Below are positions 62,859-64,000 of a DNA stretch of 64,000 nt, piece by piece. The notes under the pieces were generated by a model. It was given only the letters and a program-made list of their open reading frames with translations, made no database searches and had not been told where the DNA came from. The stretch lies in the NCBI GenBank assembly GCA_964016885.1, contig OZ024741.1, positions 116,622,001-116,686,000 on the forward strand, written 5' to 3'. Origin of the DNA: Eledone cirrhosa (lineage: Eukaryota). The translations under genes were made by a program, and so were the position numbers. How positions within the stretch are numbered: position 1 is the first letter of the stretch; each line of letters opens with the position of its first letter.

Positions 62859-64000
62859 TATTATTTAAACATCATGGCAGTATATTGGCAGTATCACTAA
62901 TACATCGGACGATATGCTTTGTAGCATTTGTTCTGGGTTTTACATTCTGAGTTCAAATTCCTTCAAGGTCAACTTTGTAAAGAGGTCAATAGCAATTTTC
63001 TTTATTTAGGTAGAAGAATGAACCTCTTTAGGTTTAAATGATGAGTGTTTCAGTTGTTTGATCAATGGAATGACCTGCATGTGAAATTAGCATGTAAGTG
63101 ACTGAGCATTCCACAGACCCCAAGGATATTCAATGCAATTCAGTGTATGACAAGGCTGGCCCTTTGAATTACAAGTAAGTCTGTCTGATAGGATCCCAAA
63201 CATTTTCTGTCTATCCAATTTCACTCACAAGGCATAGGATGACCTGAGGATATAGTAAATGACATATTCTCAACATACCATGCAGTGGGATTGAACCCAG
63301 GACCTAATGATTGCAAATTGAACTCCTTAGCTAGTCAGCCATGTTGTGTCCACATTTAGGAAATACAGGGTTGTATAGTTCCAGCTGTATATAACAGTAT
63401 TAAAATTGATGTGTTTTACTAGCTTAACATTCTAAGTTTATCCTCTGCTATAGATACAGTAAATAAGTTAAGGCATCTTAACTCCTGATGAAATTGTAGG
63501 GGCACCATTCAGACACAAGGCATGTCTTGAGTATTTTAAACCTGGTAGAGTCCATCCTTCTCCAGGTCAAAACGAAGCCGATATCTTCTAGAGAAAGAAA
63601 GTGAGAGGGAGAGAAGGAGATGAAGGAAGAATTGATGCCAGTACAGAACTGGTACTTTATTTATTAACCTCAAACAGATGAAAGACAAACTTGACCTTGG
63701 TGGGATTAGAACTTAGAGTGCAGTAAAATGGAATAAGCAACAAGGTATTTTTAATCCAATACCCTAACAGTCTTGCTAATCTACTTCTTTATTATTGATA
63801 TAATTAGAAGATATATTAGTTTTCACTAATTGCAGCAAGTGCACCAAAGTTCTCTGTTTGTCTAATGTGAGGAAAAAAGAAATTTCATTTTAATTCTTTG
63901 TTTTTTGTAGCAGAAAATGGAAAAAATAAACTTGTCAGCATCTTCACCCTCAATGTTCTTTCTCCTCTTCATCATGAAATTATCTCTGAACTGAAGTATG

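Overview
AT-rich, repeat-dense eukaryotic DNA. The SINE/LINE repertoire and (TA)n load look like a cephalopod (Octopus-like) genome, which is an inference. The only credible host gene is a minus-strand PMP22/claudin-family (TMEM47-like) gene, with one solid exon at 42460-42619 and a probable upstream exon at 47657-47712, so most of the window is probably intron. The first 21 kb hold three non-LTR retrotransposons with intact ORFs from three clades (Tx1/L1, Dong/R4, RTE) plus a frameshifted Dong. The Tx1 and Dong copies are stacked in (TAA/TTA)n arrays with strict polarity. The most notable unexplained signals are: (1) at least seven Penelope-type hammerhead ribozyme motifs, most with an unusually long, branched stem II and most inside inverted duplications, including a CCGUCGA core variant; (2) an abundant SINE whose 3' tail, target motif and polarity match the Tx1 element, suggesting a Tx1-SINE partnership; (3) a predicted multi-pseudoknot RNA at the 5' end of the intact Dong element; (4) a palindromic Helitron with 3'-to-5' junctions on both strands. 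All pairings and alignments were made by eye, and no database searches or folding programs were run.
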